Part shown: piece by piece, positions 1 to 7,360 of the stretch
Position numbering within the stretch: position 1 is the stretch's first letter
How the letters are laid out: each line of letters starts with the position of its first letter
Position numbers and translations under genes: made by a program
Notes under the pieces: model-generated
What the model was told of the DNA's origin: nothing
Database searches by the model: none
Seen by the model: the letters and a program-made list of their open reading frames with translations, nothing else
From: a virus
Direction: 5' to 3' (one strand)
DNA length: 43,435 nt
IMG/VR virus record: IMGVR_UViG_3300017978_000327
Coordinates: 1 to 43,435 of that record

Positions 1-55
1 ATAGATAATAATGAATAAAGTGCTTGCACAATAGTAAAACTGGTGTTATTATTCC
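1..55. repeat. Terminal direct repeat identical to 43381..43435 (circular-closure overlap of the contig)
   Basis: Read directly: ATAGATAATAATGAATAAAGTGCTTGCACAATAGTAAAACTGGTGTTATTATTCC is present at both window ends, 55/55 nt identical. Confidence 0.95.
24..52 (+). promoter_or_regulatory. sigma70-type promoter P1 with extended -10
   Basis: TTGCAC (24-29), 17-nt spacer, TATTAT (47-52), TG at 44-45 (TGtTATTAT). The -35 sits inside the 11-nt motif AGTGCTTGCAC (19-29), which recurs at 12848-12858. Confidence 0.6.
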
Positions 56-76
56 CTCATCACATAGGGGGAATTT

Positions 77-844
77 ATGAAAAAAACACTACTCGCAGCA
101 CTCGCACTATCCGGTATCGCCGGAATCGTAGCAATCAATTCAATGTCAGCGCCAAGGGTGGTTACATATGACCATCCTACCATCTCAGTAGTATCCACGC
201 AGGAACAACAAAAAATAGATATAACCACTGTCAGTGACGCATCAAGCGAAGTTGACGGCAAATGGCTAGGCTTGTGTCCTAAACGCTCCGTAGACAGCAT
301 ATCGTCATTTCGTAATACGGTCATGGGCGATCCTGTTCTAGTAAGAGAATATCAGGGTTTCCAGTGGAACAAGGCAAGAGAAGGCCAATTGCAGGAAGAA
401 ACGCTTGCCACAGTTACCCACAGGTCAGGTTCATCAATCCTGCCATCTTCAAAGCAAATAAAACTACCTGCCGGGGATAGATACATTACTGATGGTAATA
501 TCACTGTGCGTATGTTTTGCTGTAATGGAATCAGCACAATTGAAACTATTCCAGGCATAGTCGAAACACCAATCATCATCAATGTACCAAACTACTCAAA
601 TTTGTATCCTGTAACGCTCCCTGAATCATTTTATGGTGGTGGTAGTGGTTGGTACTCAGGTGGGCCAGGTATTTATCACAGCAGGGCATACGGTAATATT
701 TCAAGCAATATTGTATCAGGTGATGATATTGGAAGTGATGACACAAATGGAGGCAATACAAGTCCCGTACCTGAACCAAAGACACTATTACTTTTTGGTG
801 CTGGTTTAGTTGGTCTTGGATTGTTTAGGAAAAGGAATATTTGA
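77..844 (+). CDS. Secreted PEP-CTERM sorting-signal protein (exosortase substrate-like)
   Basis: AGGGGGA SD precedes the ATG. N-terminal Sec signal peptide MKKTLLAALALSGIAGIVAINSMSA. C-terminus VPEPKTLLLFGAGLVGLGLFRKRNI matches the PEP-CTERM pattern: PEP, hydrophobic helix, basic cluster, then stop. Confidence 0.85.
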   Translation: MKKTLLAALALSGIAGIVAINSMSAPRVVTYDHPTISVVSTQEQQKIDITTVSDASSEVDGKWLGLCPKRSVDSISSFRNTVMGDPVLVREYQGFQWNKAREGQLQEETLATVTHRSGSSILPSSKQIKLPAGDRYITDGNITVRMFCCNGISTIETIPGIVETPIIINVPNYSNLYPVTLPESFYGGGSGWYSGGPGIYHSRAYGNISSNIVSGDDIGSDDTNGGNTSPVPEPKTLLLFGAGLVGLGLFRKRNI

Positions 845-897
845 GAGTAGTATGTGGCGAAAGATATACTGAAAATGCAGTAAAACATAGGGCTAAT

Positions 898-1389
898 ATG
901 AATAATTTAAAACCGTGCGCTTATTGTGGAGGACAAGTGCTCCGCCACTCTCGGGGAGAAGTTGGAAACTTGCATTGGATTTATTGTAAGACTTGTAGGT
1001 CAGAGGGTCCAGTAGCAATGGGTTTAGACGAAGCAATTGAACTTTGGAACCACAGGGTTTTGTATGATTATAAAACCACTGGAGCCTTTGGGCCTGAGTG
1101 GGAAAATGAAATGATGAAGTGGAACAAGAAGAGATTGATATCACAAATCAAGGCCGAGTGGTCCGCGAAAAATGATTGGTGGAACAAGTTCCCAGATATC
1201 AAACCAAAGGACCAGCAACTTTGTATTGTTGCCGGTGGACCTGGGATGGTTGCTCAGATTATTCCTTTGCGCTGGAATGAAAAGAAGCAAGAGTTTACAT
1301 GGCACGAAGACTCAGATTGGTTGCAGATTGATGATTATCCAACGGAAATATCAACACATTGGATACCATGGCCTGATGATCCTCAATAA
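898..1389 (+). CDS. Lar-family (restriction alleviation-like) zinc ribbon fused to a DUF551-like C-terminal domain
   Basis: PCAYCGG...YCKTCRSEGP...DEAIELWNHR fits the Lar-family pattern. The C-terminus ...ISTHWIPWPDDP resembles DUF551. The track ORF starts at TTG 841; in-frame ATG 898 is preferred. Confidence 0.6.
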   Translation: MNNLKPCAYCGGQVLRHSRGEVGNLHWIYCKTCRSEGPVAMGLDEAIELWNHRVLYDYKTTGAFGPEWENEMMKWNKKRLISQIKAEWSAKNDWWNKFPDIKPKDQQLCIVAGGPGMVAQIIPLRWNEKKQEFTWHEDSDWLQIDDYPTEISTHWIPWPDDPQ

Positions 1390-1403
1390 CTTAGGTGTGA
1401 ATT

Positions 1404-1595
1404 ATGGGAATACATAAAGTGACTGCATATGTAATTCAATGTGATGTTTGCAAAAGTTTTTACCCTGGGCCAGACGGACAAGGCGCGACGTTTTTCAACA
1501 CAAAAGTCAGGGCAGAAAAAGAAGTATCTGACAATGAGTTTTGGATAAAAAAAGATTGGAAACTCGCTTGTGAAAACTGTCACGAGGAAATTTAA
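1404..1595 (+). CDS. Zinc-ribbon mini-protein, unknown function
   Basis: 63-aa ORF with CDVC ... CENC pairs. Tight packing with neighbouring genes. Confidence 0.5.
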   Translation: MGIHKVTAYVIQCDVCKSFYPGPDGQGATFFNTKVRAEKEVSDNEFWIKKDWKLACENCHEEI

Positions 1596-1965
1596 TTGTC
1601 AGGCACCCTGCAATATGCTAACTGAAACCATGCAAGCAATAACAATTGGAGATAGTGAAACTATGACTGATGATTTTGAAGGATTGACAGAAGAGCAGTT
1701 GCTTGAAAGATTAGAGATAACACGTAGAGCAATTAGAGACTATGCCTACAGTGAACGGCTTACAATAGGCCAAGCAAATGAACGGTTGCAGTTGTACAAA
1801 GGTTTGTATGCTATCCAAGCACGTCTTGATGAATTGAGCGGAGTTAAGACGGTTGCAAAGGAAAGGCCAAAATGGAATAGGGTGGTAAACTCAGCAGACA
1901 TTGCATGTGCTAAAATCCGTGGATACTTTACTCAACGTAACTATAACCGTGACCATAAGGCATGA
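1570..1965 (+). CDS. Hypothetical helical protein (start uncertain)
   Basis: Long ORF in the gene-dense + strand array. ATG 1570 overlaps the previous gene by 26 nt. Alternative in-frame ATGs lie at 1615, 1630 and 1663 (GGAGA sits 10 nt upstream of 1663). Confidence 0.5.
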   Translation: MKTVTRKFNCQAPCNMLTETMQAITIGDSETMTDDFEGLTEEQLLERLEITRRAIRDYAYSERLTIGQANERLQLYKGLYAIQARLDELSGVKTVAKERPKWNRVVNSADIACAKIRGYFTQRNYNRDHKA

Positions 1966-2420
1966 AGTCTGAATACACACTCAACACCAAGGCCGATGTA
2001 TCCGCTTGCTTCTGCGACCTTGAGAATCGGTTTGATGCCGGGGAGAAATTGACCATAGTTGTAATCAGCACAAAAGACAAATCCAAGGTCAGGACGCTAT
2101 CGCAAAACGCCTCACTCCATAAATATTGTAGCGATCTGGCAAGCAAGATGACCGATAGCGGTTTCACTCAAAAAGAATTAGTTGGAAGTTTTAAAAACGG
2201 GTTTGTTTTGCCGGTAACAGGGGAGATGATAAAGGCTATTTTTCGCACTGTAGGCGAAGCAATGTATAGGAAAGACTCTACCGCAAAGTTGACCACTGTA
2301 GAGATGCAGGAAGTTTACAGGGTGGTTGATATGCGGTTTGGTGAAATTTGCGGTATCAGGTTGGAATGGCCTAGCGTTGACAGTCAATTTGAAAATTTTA
2401 AACAACAGGGGGCAGTATGA
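1962..2420 (+). CDS. ninB: NinB/Orf-family recombination mediator-like protein
   Basis: LTIVVISTKDKSKVRTLSQNASLHKYCSDLA and STAKLTTVEMQEVYRVVDMRFGEICGIRLEW align by eye with lambda NinB (PIVVTIQERNRSLDQNRKLWACLGDVS; STSRMRVGEFAELLELIQAFGTERGVKW). Confidence 0.7.
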   Translation: MKSEYTLNTKADVSACFCDLENRFDAGEKLTIVVISTKDKSKVRTLSQNASLHKYCSDLASKMTDSGFTQKELVGSFKNGFVLPVTGEMIKAIFRTVGEAMYRKDSTAKLTTVEMQEVYRVVDMRFGEICGIRLEWPSVDSQFENFKQQGAV

Positions 2421-2596
2421 CAAAGAAAGAACACGCAGCAATAGACAGAACAATATCCTTCCATCAGATAAGGATAGGTGTAGAACGTGATAGTTTGGAC
2501 AATGCTATCGCTACCCTTGAGCAGTTAAAGGAAGATTGTGAGGAAGCATGGGATGCACTTCAAGAGGCACGGGACGCATTGAGTCGATTAGTCTAA
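2417..2596 (+). CDS. 59-aa helical acidic protein (below ORF-track cutoff)
   Basis: Own translation: MTKKEHAAIDRTISFHQIRIGVERDSLDNAIATLEQLKEDCEEAWDALQEARDALSRLV. ATGA start/stop overlap with ninB-like gene. Preceded by the conserved junction motif. Confidence 0.5.
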   Translation: MTKKEHAAIDRTISFHQIRIGVERDSLDNAIATLEQLKEDCEEAWDALQEARDALSRLV

Positions 2597-2610
2597 CAAC
2601 AGGGGGTGGT

Positions 2611-2811
2611 ATGTATACATGCAAAATACACGGTGAACTAAAAAACGAATGGTGTGAACGTTGTGATACTATTATCCGTTGTGACTGTTTGGATCTTACG
2701 ACAACAAGATATAAAGATTTAGTGATTGATTGTGAAGATGGTGAAAAAACAGTTACAGTATATATAAGACACTGTGCGACTTGTGGTGATGTATTTGATG
2801 TTGGTAGATAA
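2611..2811 (+). CDS. Cys-rich (zinc-binding-like) mini-protein
   Basis: ATG 2611 directly follows the junction motif; the track ORF extends spuriously to 2548. MYTCKIHGELKNEWCERCD...HCATCGD carries several CxxC pairs. Confidence 0.6.
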   Translation: MYTCKIHGELKNEWCERCDTIIRCDCLDLTTTRYKDLVIDCEDGEKTVTVYIRHCATCGDVFDVGR

Positions 2812-2833
2812 ATTAAAAACAACAGGGGGCAGT

Positions 2834-3046
2834 ATGAAAAAAATCAAGTTATCACCTAACCATATCAAATACGGGAAATGGTCTTTTGACTACAATCCTA
2901 AACCTATCCCAGACAGAAGATGGGATTACGACTGTATGCATGATGAATTTGATGGAGAGAATGGAGACTATTTTTTCAACGCAAGTTCTATTGACGCGGC
3001 CATAAAAGAGGCAGACGAGCGAGAAACATATCTAGGTGATTTCTAA
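2834..3046 (+). CDS. Hypothetical 70-aa protein
   Basis: ATG 2834 directly follows the junction motif; the track ORF extends to 2774. Confidence 0.6.
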   Translation: MKKIKLSPNHIKYGKWSFDYNPKPIPDRRWDYDCMHDEFDGENGDYFFNASSIDAAIKEADERETYLGDF

Positions 3047-3063
3047 AACAACAAGGGGGCAGT

Positions 3064-3249
3064 ATGAAGAAAACAGAAACAGAAATAACTTTTAACCTCG
3101 ATGAGTTTGATAACCTAATCCGCCTAGTCTACAAAAACGGCATAAGCGACGGAAATGTAATGTCAATCACCGGGGATTTCGAGTGGACGAAAAGGGATGA
3201 AGAGGCGGCTGATTGGTGGGATAGAAACAGGGATGAGTTTTTGGCGTAG
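3064..3249 (+). CDS. Hypothetical 61-aa acidic protein
   Basis: ATG 3064 directly follows the fourth junction motif. Confidence 0.6.
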   Translation: MKKTETEITFNLDEFDNLIRLVYKNGISDGNVMSITGDFEWTKRDEEAADWWDRNRDEFLA

Positions 3250-3294
3250 ATGAGAGTAAAGTCAACCATCAGGTTTTTGTAAAAAGGAGCAGAA

Positions 3295-3498
3295 ATGGAG
3301 TGCTCAATTTGCAGGGAAAAGTTGTGTAACCACGCTGCCCAGACACTACATGGCGAAATATGGCAGTGTAGCGTTTGTGGAGAAATTTCACCAACAAACT
3401 ATTGCCTACCTTTTTACGAAGGTAAAGTTGATTTTTCATCTGATGTTTTCGGAACCGTATGCAAGAAATGTAATGATAGGCACATTGCAAGATACTAA
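3295..3498 (+). CDS. Cys-rich zinc-ribbon mini-protein
   Basis: AAAGGAG SD lies 5 nt upstream. CSIC...CSVC...CKKC motifs. Confidence 0.55.
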   Translation: MECSICREKLCNHAAQTLHGEIWQCSVCGEISPTNYCLPFYEGKVDFSSDVFGTVCKKCNDRHIARY

Positions 3499-3523
3499 CC
3501 GACTATCAACACAAGGAGACAAA

Positions 3524-3718
3524 ATGGACGATGCACAATTTGAAATTCAACAAAAGCAGGTAGTGTTCACTGATGAAGACGGTGGTGCTATTCTTCTCGA
3601 AAATGAGATGTGGTATCCGTTTCGTTACTTTGATGGTGGTGGAAAGGATATTGACGAGACTGACGGATACCTTAAACCGTCTACTGCTTACAAAATGGCT
3701 AAACTTATCTTTACTTAA
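3524..3718 (+). CDS. Hypothetical 64-aa protein
   Basis: In-frame ATG 3524 with AAGGAG SD at 3513-3518. The upstream part of track ORF 3350..3718 overlaps the previous gene. Confidence 0.55.
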   Translation: MDDAQFEIQQKQVVFTDEDGGAILLENEMWYPFRYFDGGGKDIDETDGYLKPSTAYKMAKLIFT

Positions 3719-3734
3719 TGGGTGAACAATCGTT

Positions 3735-3926
3735 ATGGAAATATTTTTGCAAAAACTGGCATTACTTTTAGATGAGCATAATGCAACTATCTTACGCAGT
3801 ACAAATAACACGCACGATTTGGTTGTGTCCATTGTCAAAGATGGTGGTGAATACGAAGAAATTCACTTTACAGAAGAGATGTCAAAATATGATGTCGCAA
3901 TCATGTTAAAGGAAATCATAAAATGA
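3735..3926 (+). CDS. Hypothetical 63-aa protein
   Basis: ORF in the co-oriented array. Its end overlaps the next start (ATGA). Confidence 0.5.
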   Translation: MEIFLQKLALLLDEHNATILRSTNNTHDLVVSIVKDGGEYEEIHFTEEMSKYDVAIMLKEIIK

Positions 3927-4126
3927 AACACGGCAAAATATCAAAATGCACATTCTGCGGAAGCGAGCCTGATATCTGTTATGAGTACGATTATATTGAT
4001 GATCGAGAACCAGTGTCAATAGAGGTGTATTGCGACTATTGTTGGAAAATATCAGCATATGGTGATACCAAGAAAGAGGCTATTTCGGAGTGGAACCGAA
4101 AATGCGACCAGGCGGGTAAATTATGA
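3923..4126 (+). CDS. Lar-family restriction-alleviation-like zinc ribbon protein (second copy)
   Basis: KCTFCGS...YCDYCWK...KKEAISEWNRKC fits the Lar-family pattern (CxxCG ... CxxC ... eAi.eWN.R). Confidence 0.65.
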   Translation: MKHGKISKCTFCGSEPDICYEYDYIDDREPVSIEVYCDYCWKISAYGDTKKEAISEWNRKCDQAGKL

Positions 4127-4407
4127 CGATACGCAAATCACCCAGAAGAAAACTGTCACCACGCAAATATCGGCAGCTATGCGAGTACGTTTACAACAGA
4201 GACGGTTTTTGTCTATTTTGTGGTACACCGGACAACGCTACACCAGCTCACGTAAAGCGACGATCACAGGGCGGCCACGACGCACCAAACAACTTGGTCA
4301 GGGCTTGTGTCTCTTGCCACATGGCTTTTGATTCGTACCAGATCGAGTTACCTGGACATGTTAAAGTGATGCTGGCCGGCGAACCGGATTCGTTGGTTGA
4401 AAAATAA
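4123..4407 (+). CDS. HNH endonuclease
   Basis: CLFCG...AHVKRRSQGGHDAPNNLVRACVSCH matches the HNH pattern H...GG...N-L...C..CH. Confidence 0.75.
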   Translation: MTIRKSPRRKLSPRKYRQLCEYVYNRDGFCLFCGTPDNATPAHVKRRSQGGHDAPNNLVRACVSCHMAFDSYQIELPGHVKVMLAGEPDSLVEK

Positions 4408-4428
4408 TTCAGGGTATATATTTTTTGC

Positions 4429-4457
4429 TTGCAACCACCGACTACATGAAGTAGTAT
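4429..4457 (+). promoter_or_regulatory. sigma70-type promoter
   Basis: TTGCAA (4429-4434), 17-nt spacer, TAGTAT (4452-4457), in a 130-nt non-coding gap. Confidence 0.5.
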
Positions 4458-4464
4458 CTTAATT

Positions 4465-4520
4465 AATGACGGTGAGTATTCCTCTGGGTTTAAAGTTGTG
4501 GCTCCCAGCACCGTCATTTT
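4465..4520 (+). terminator. Leader hairpin with U-run (attenuator, terminator or 5' stabiliser)
   Basis: AATGACGGTG (4465-4474) pairs perfectly with CACCGTCATT (4509-4518). Inner CTGGG (4484-4488) pairs with CCCAG (4504-4508). Followed by TT, giving TTTT at 4517-4520. It starts about 7 nt after the -10 box. Confidence 0.4.
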
Positions 4521-4539
4521 AACTTAATCGGAGGACGTT

Positions 4540-4683
4540 ATGGAAGAGGAAGTTTTGAAGAAAGTATATTGTAGAAAATGTAAGCGGTCATGGTGGCCAA
4601 GAGTTAAAAAACCCGCTAAGTGTGCGTATTGCGGGTGCCAAAACTACGACACATGGGAAGAACCAAAAGAGGTTAAAAAGTGA
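4540..4683 (+). CDS. 47-aa zinc-ribbon protein (below ORF-track cutoff)
   Basis: Own translation: MEEEVLKKVYCRKCKRSWWPRVKKPAKCAYCGCQNYDTWEEPKEVKK. GGAGGA SD at 4530-4535. Its stop overlaps GTG 4680 of the next gene (GTGA). Confidence 0.5.
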   Translation: MEEEVLKKVYCRKCKRSWWPRVKKPAKCAYCGCQNYDTWEEPKEVKK

Positions 4684-5150
4684 AAAAATATGCACCTTGC
4701 GCCTGTGGTTGTGGTGTAGAGATTTGCACAATAGACTCTAGAGGAAGGTCTAAACGTTTTATTAAAGGTCACTGGGCAAAAACTAAAGAAGGGAAAGAAA
4801 TTCTTCTATCAGCAGAAAGGAAATCTACTAAAGGAAAGTGGAGGAAAGAAAGCAATCACTGTAGGACTTGCAGATACAGGGCTAGGACTACTACAGACCA
4901 TAGTGTTTGTGCATGGGAGAAGATAGGATGTTGCGCTGGTATGATAGATGTTGTGCATGTTGACGGTGATTTTACTAATAATTCTGAAGAAAATAAGCTT
5001 TCTTTGTGCAGGACACACCATAGGTTATTGGACAATGGCAGGATAGACCCAATAAATCCAGTAATGCCATTATTTAAAATTGGTAAAGATGGAAAAAGAA
5101 GGTATTTAAAAAGTCCGTACTGGAACACAAAAAAGAGGGGGAGCAAATAA
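4680..5150 (+). CDS. HNH endonuclease (HNH_3-like), free-standing
   Basis: VHVDGDFTNNSEENKLSLCRTHHRLLDNG is the HNH core. Cys-rich N-terminus. Confidence 0.75.
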   Translation: MKKYAPCACGCGVEICTIDSRGRSKRFIKGHWAKTKEGKEILLSAERKSTKGKWRKESNHCRTCRYRARTTTDHSVCAWEKIGCCAGMIDVVHVDGDFTNNSEENKLSLCRTHHRLLDNGRIDPINPVMPLFKIGKDGKRRYLKSPYWNTKKRGSK

Positions 5151-5359
5151 TGGAAATAACAGTATTTAAATACAGCAACAACAAAGAGGTTAGAATTAAA
5201 GCCAGCAATATTGATTATGAGTCTGGTTTTTTGGACGAATCGGAATCTCTATACTATGCTACTAAATTCATAAGTGCAGCAATAGACCTAATCAATGGCA
5301 CGTCAAAAAAAGATACGGCTGACGAACTTTATTCTGTACTTGAAGAAATTCAGGATTAA
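5150..5359 (+). CDS. Hypothetical 69-aa acidic protein
   Basis: ORF in the array; TAATG junction with the previous gene. Confidence 0.5.
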   Translation: MEITVFKYSNNKEVRIKASNIDYESGFLDESESLYYATKFISAAIDLINGTSKKDTADELYSVLEEIQD

Positions 5360-5374
5360 ACAGGGGGAATTGTG

Positions 5375-6001
5375 ATGAACATTTACGAGAAACTGATAGA
5401 AGTAAGGAAAGAAGTACCATACTTAAAGAAAGATAATTCAGGTTATCAATTTAAGTTTGTATCCAGCAGCCAAACACTAGGTACACTCAAGGGTAAAATG
5501 GATGAACTAGGTTTGTTGCTGGTCCCGTCAGTCACCTACAGCAAGGTATCAGATCACACCACAAAGAAAGGTGACCATGAATACTTCACTCAAGTTGAAA
5601 TGACTTTCACTTGGATAAACGCTGAGAAGCCGGAAGAGATGATACAATGCCAGTGGTTAGGTCAAGGATTGGACAATGGTGAAAAGGGTGTTGGTAAGGC
5701 ATTAACATATGCTGAGAAGTACTTTTTACTGAAGTTCTTCAATATTGCCACTGACTCTGACGACCCAGATAAGTTTCAAGACAAGATTGAAAGTGGTAAG
5801 GTAGAAGATAAGGTTGATTGGGTTGACTTGCTGGAAAAAGAAGCCGACGAAAATTGCAAGACTGTTGATGAACTTGGTAATTGGTACAAGTTAAAAAAAG
5901 CACAGATCGCCAAACTCAGCAAAGCAGACCAGAAAACTATTAACAGCTATGTTACTCAGTTGAAGGAATCAATAACAATACCGGAGGAAACCAATGGTTA
6001 A
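5375..6001 (+). CDS. erf: Erf-family single-strand annealing protein
   Basis: N-terminus NIYEKLIEVRKEVPYLKKDNSGYQFKFVSSSQTLGTLKGKMDELGLLL fits the ERF-family N-terminal pattern. AGGGGGA SD lies 6 nt before ATG 5375. Confidence 0.7.
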   Translation: MNIYEKLIEVRKEVPYLKKDNSGYQFKFVSSSQTLGTLKGKMDELGLLLVPSVTYSKVSDHTTKKGDHEYFTQVEMTFTWINAEKPEEMIQCQWLGQGLDNGEKGVGKALTYAEKYFLLKFFNIATDSDDPDKFQDKIESGKVEDKVDWVDLLEKEADENCKTVDELGNWYKLKKAQIAKLSKADQKTINSYVTQLKESITIPEETNG

Positions 6002-6191
6002 GACTCACTTCGACTGGTGGGAGCCAGACATTGCCGACGATCCATTCAGCAACGCAACATTTGGCCAAATACCACCATTATCTGTAATACAGTATAGGTT
6101 TCGTGTAACCTTCAGGACGGCAGACGTAGCCGAGGTTATACAGGCTATCGAGGCTATTGGTGGGCATGTTAAAACTGAGATTTTGGAGTAG
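5994..6191 (+). CDS. Hypothetical 65-aa protein
   Basis: ORF overlapping the erf end by 8 nt; co-oriented. Confidence 0.45.
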   Translation: MVKTHFDWWEPDIADDPFSNATFGQIPPLSVIQYRFRVTFRTADVAEVIQAIEAIGGHVKTEILE

Positions 6192-6194
6192 ATT

Positions 6195-6503
6195 ATGGAT
6201 AAAAGCATATATGCACAGGCTATACAAATATACGTAGACTACGGAAAAAAAGAAAAAGGACTCGGTGATCTGCTTATTGAGATTTTGAAAAGCAACCCTT
6301 CTGTAATCGTCAAGGCAGACAGGACTCTAAACAAAATAAACCCATATTCAAGATTAAATAGTCTTGATGCAGAAGCATTATGTATTGTAAGGGATGGAAG
6401 AGGGAAAATTCCTGCCATTAAACTGATTCGAGCGAGTTTGGGCCTTGGACTTAAAGAGGCAAAGGATCATATAGAAAAACTTATGGCGGATAATCCAATA
6501 TGA
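6195..6503 (+). CDS. Protein with ribosomal bL12 (L7/L12) C-terminal-domain-like segment
   Basis: [24 protein letters not shown] compared with E. coli L7/L12 [24 protein letters not shown], including identical GLGLKEAKD. Confidence 0.7.
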   Translation: [102 protein letters not shown]

Positions 6504-6664
6504 AACCATCAGAAAACACAAAACGAACCATCCGATTCGGTAAGTACAGGGTTGGCCGAGAGTGGATGCAGAAAATAAACGAACGGGCGCACAGGTTGGA
6601 ACTGGCAGAAAAGGGTATCCGGCCTGGACCTACTCAGATTAAACTTAATTTTCCAAAGGATTGA
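6500..6664 (+). CDS. 54-aa basic protein (below cutoff)
   Basis: Own translation: MKPSENTKRTIRFGKYRVGREWMQKINERAHRLELAEKGIRPGPTQIKLNFPKD. ATGA overlap with the previous stop. Confidence 0.4.
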   Translation: MKPSENTKRTIRFGKYRVGREWMQKINERAHRLELAEKGIRPGPTQIKLNFPKD

Positions 6665-6668
6665 TATT

Positions 6669-6860
6669 ATGGTTTGTCAATGTTCAGGTTGTAATGGATG
6701 GTCCAGTACCGGAGTGTTTTGCCAAAAATGTTTGGATAATCATAAAAGAGATGGACGGGTTTCTGGAATAAAAAAAGATTTGTTCAAACATATGGGAGTA
6801 ATAACAAAAATAAGGTCTATTGCGAACGGTGAAATATTGACTTTTCTTGAGGATGAATAG
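6669..6860 (+). CDS. Zinc-ribbon mini-protein
   Basis: MVCQCSGCNGW...FCQKCLDNH carries CxxC pairs. Confidence 0.5.
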   Translation: MVCQCSGCNGWSSTGVFCQKCLDNHKRDGRVSGIKKDLFKHMGVITKIRSIANGEILTFLEDE

Positions 6861-6876
6861 GCACTAGATGTTATAC

Positions 6877-6905
6877 TTGAAATAATAGATAACGAAATTT
6901 AATAT
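6877..6905 (+). promoter_or_regulatory. sigma70-type promoter upstream of ssb
   Basis: TTGAAA (6877-6882), 17-nt spacer, TAATAT (6900-6905). Confidence 0.5.
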
Positions 6906-6923
6906 CAACAAAAGGAATAAATT

Positions 6924-7304
6924 ATGTTAAACAACTGTCAATTTATAGGCCGACTTGGCCGCGATCCTGAAAATCGTTCAACACCATCAGGTAAATCAGT
7001 AACAACTTTTAGTCTTGCAGTATCAGAAAAACGTGGAGGTAACGATAACACTGAATGGATAAACGTAGTATGTTGGGAGAAAACAGCAGATTTTGTCGCA
7101 AACTATATGACGAAAGGCCAACTGGCTTTTGTTTCTGGCCGCATGTGTACCAGGAAGTGGCAGGACAAAGAAGGAAATGATAAATACACGACAGAAATAA
7201 TAGCCCAAACGGTACAAAACCTTTCACCAAAGTCAGACGGTACTCAGCAGAAAGAGTCTGATAGAGAATACCAGCACAGTACAGGAGATAGCGTACCGTT
7301 TTGA
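6924..7304 (+). CDS. ssb: Single-stranded DNA-binding protein
   Basis: OB-fold N-terminus MLNNCQFIGRLGRDPENRSTPSGKSVTTFSLAVSE...WINVVCWEK and the acidic C-terminal tip DSVPF, which resembles the SSB DDIPF tail. Confidence 0.95.
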   Translation: MLNNCQFIGRLGRDPENRSTPSGKSVTTFSLAVSEKRGGNDNTEWINVVCWEKTADFVANYMTKGQLAFVSGRMCTRKWQDKEGNDKYTTEIIAQTVQNLSPKSDGTQQKESDREYQHSTGDSVPF

Positions 7305-7360
7305 TCTAACCAACTGTCAGGACTGTGCTCCGGTGCAGTCCTCAATATAAAGGACTGCCG

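Larger units (their letters stand above)
2398..3066 (+). repeat. Four copies of a conserved 20-nt gene-junction / translation-initiation motif AACAACA(A)GGGGG(C/T)(A/G)GTATG
   Basis: Read directly: AAACAACAGGGGGCAGTATG ends at 2419, TAACAACAGGGGGTGGTATG at 2613, AAACAACAGGGGGCAGTATG at 2836, and AACAACAAGGGGGCAGTATG at 3066. Each ends in the start codon of a 59-70 codon gene. Confidence 0.9.

Noticed and set aside
2396-3067. CRISPR-like array, given the regularly spaced 20-nt repeats
   Set aside because: Spacing is about 200-230 nt, not 30-40 nt. Each repeat ends in a start codon with an SD, and the intervening sequence is coding.
7318-7347. Hairpin AGGACTG...CAGTCCT after ssb as an intrinsic terminator
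   Set aside because: It has only a 7-bp stem with a 10-nt loop and no downstream T-run, so it is not convincing as a terminator.
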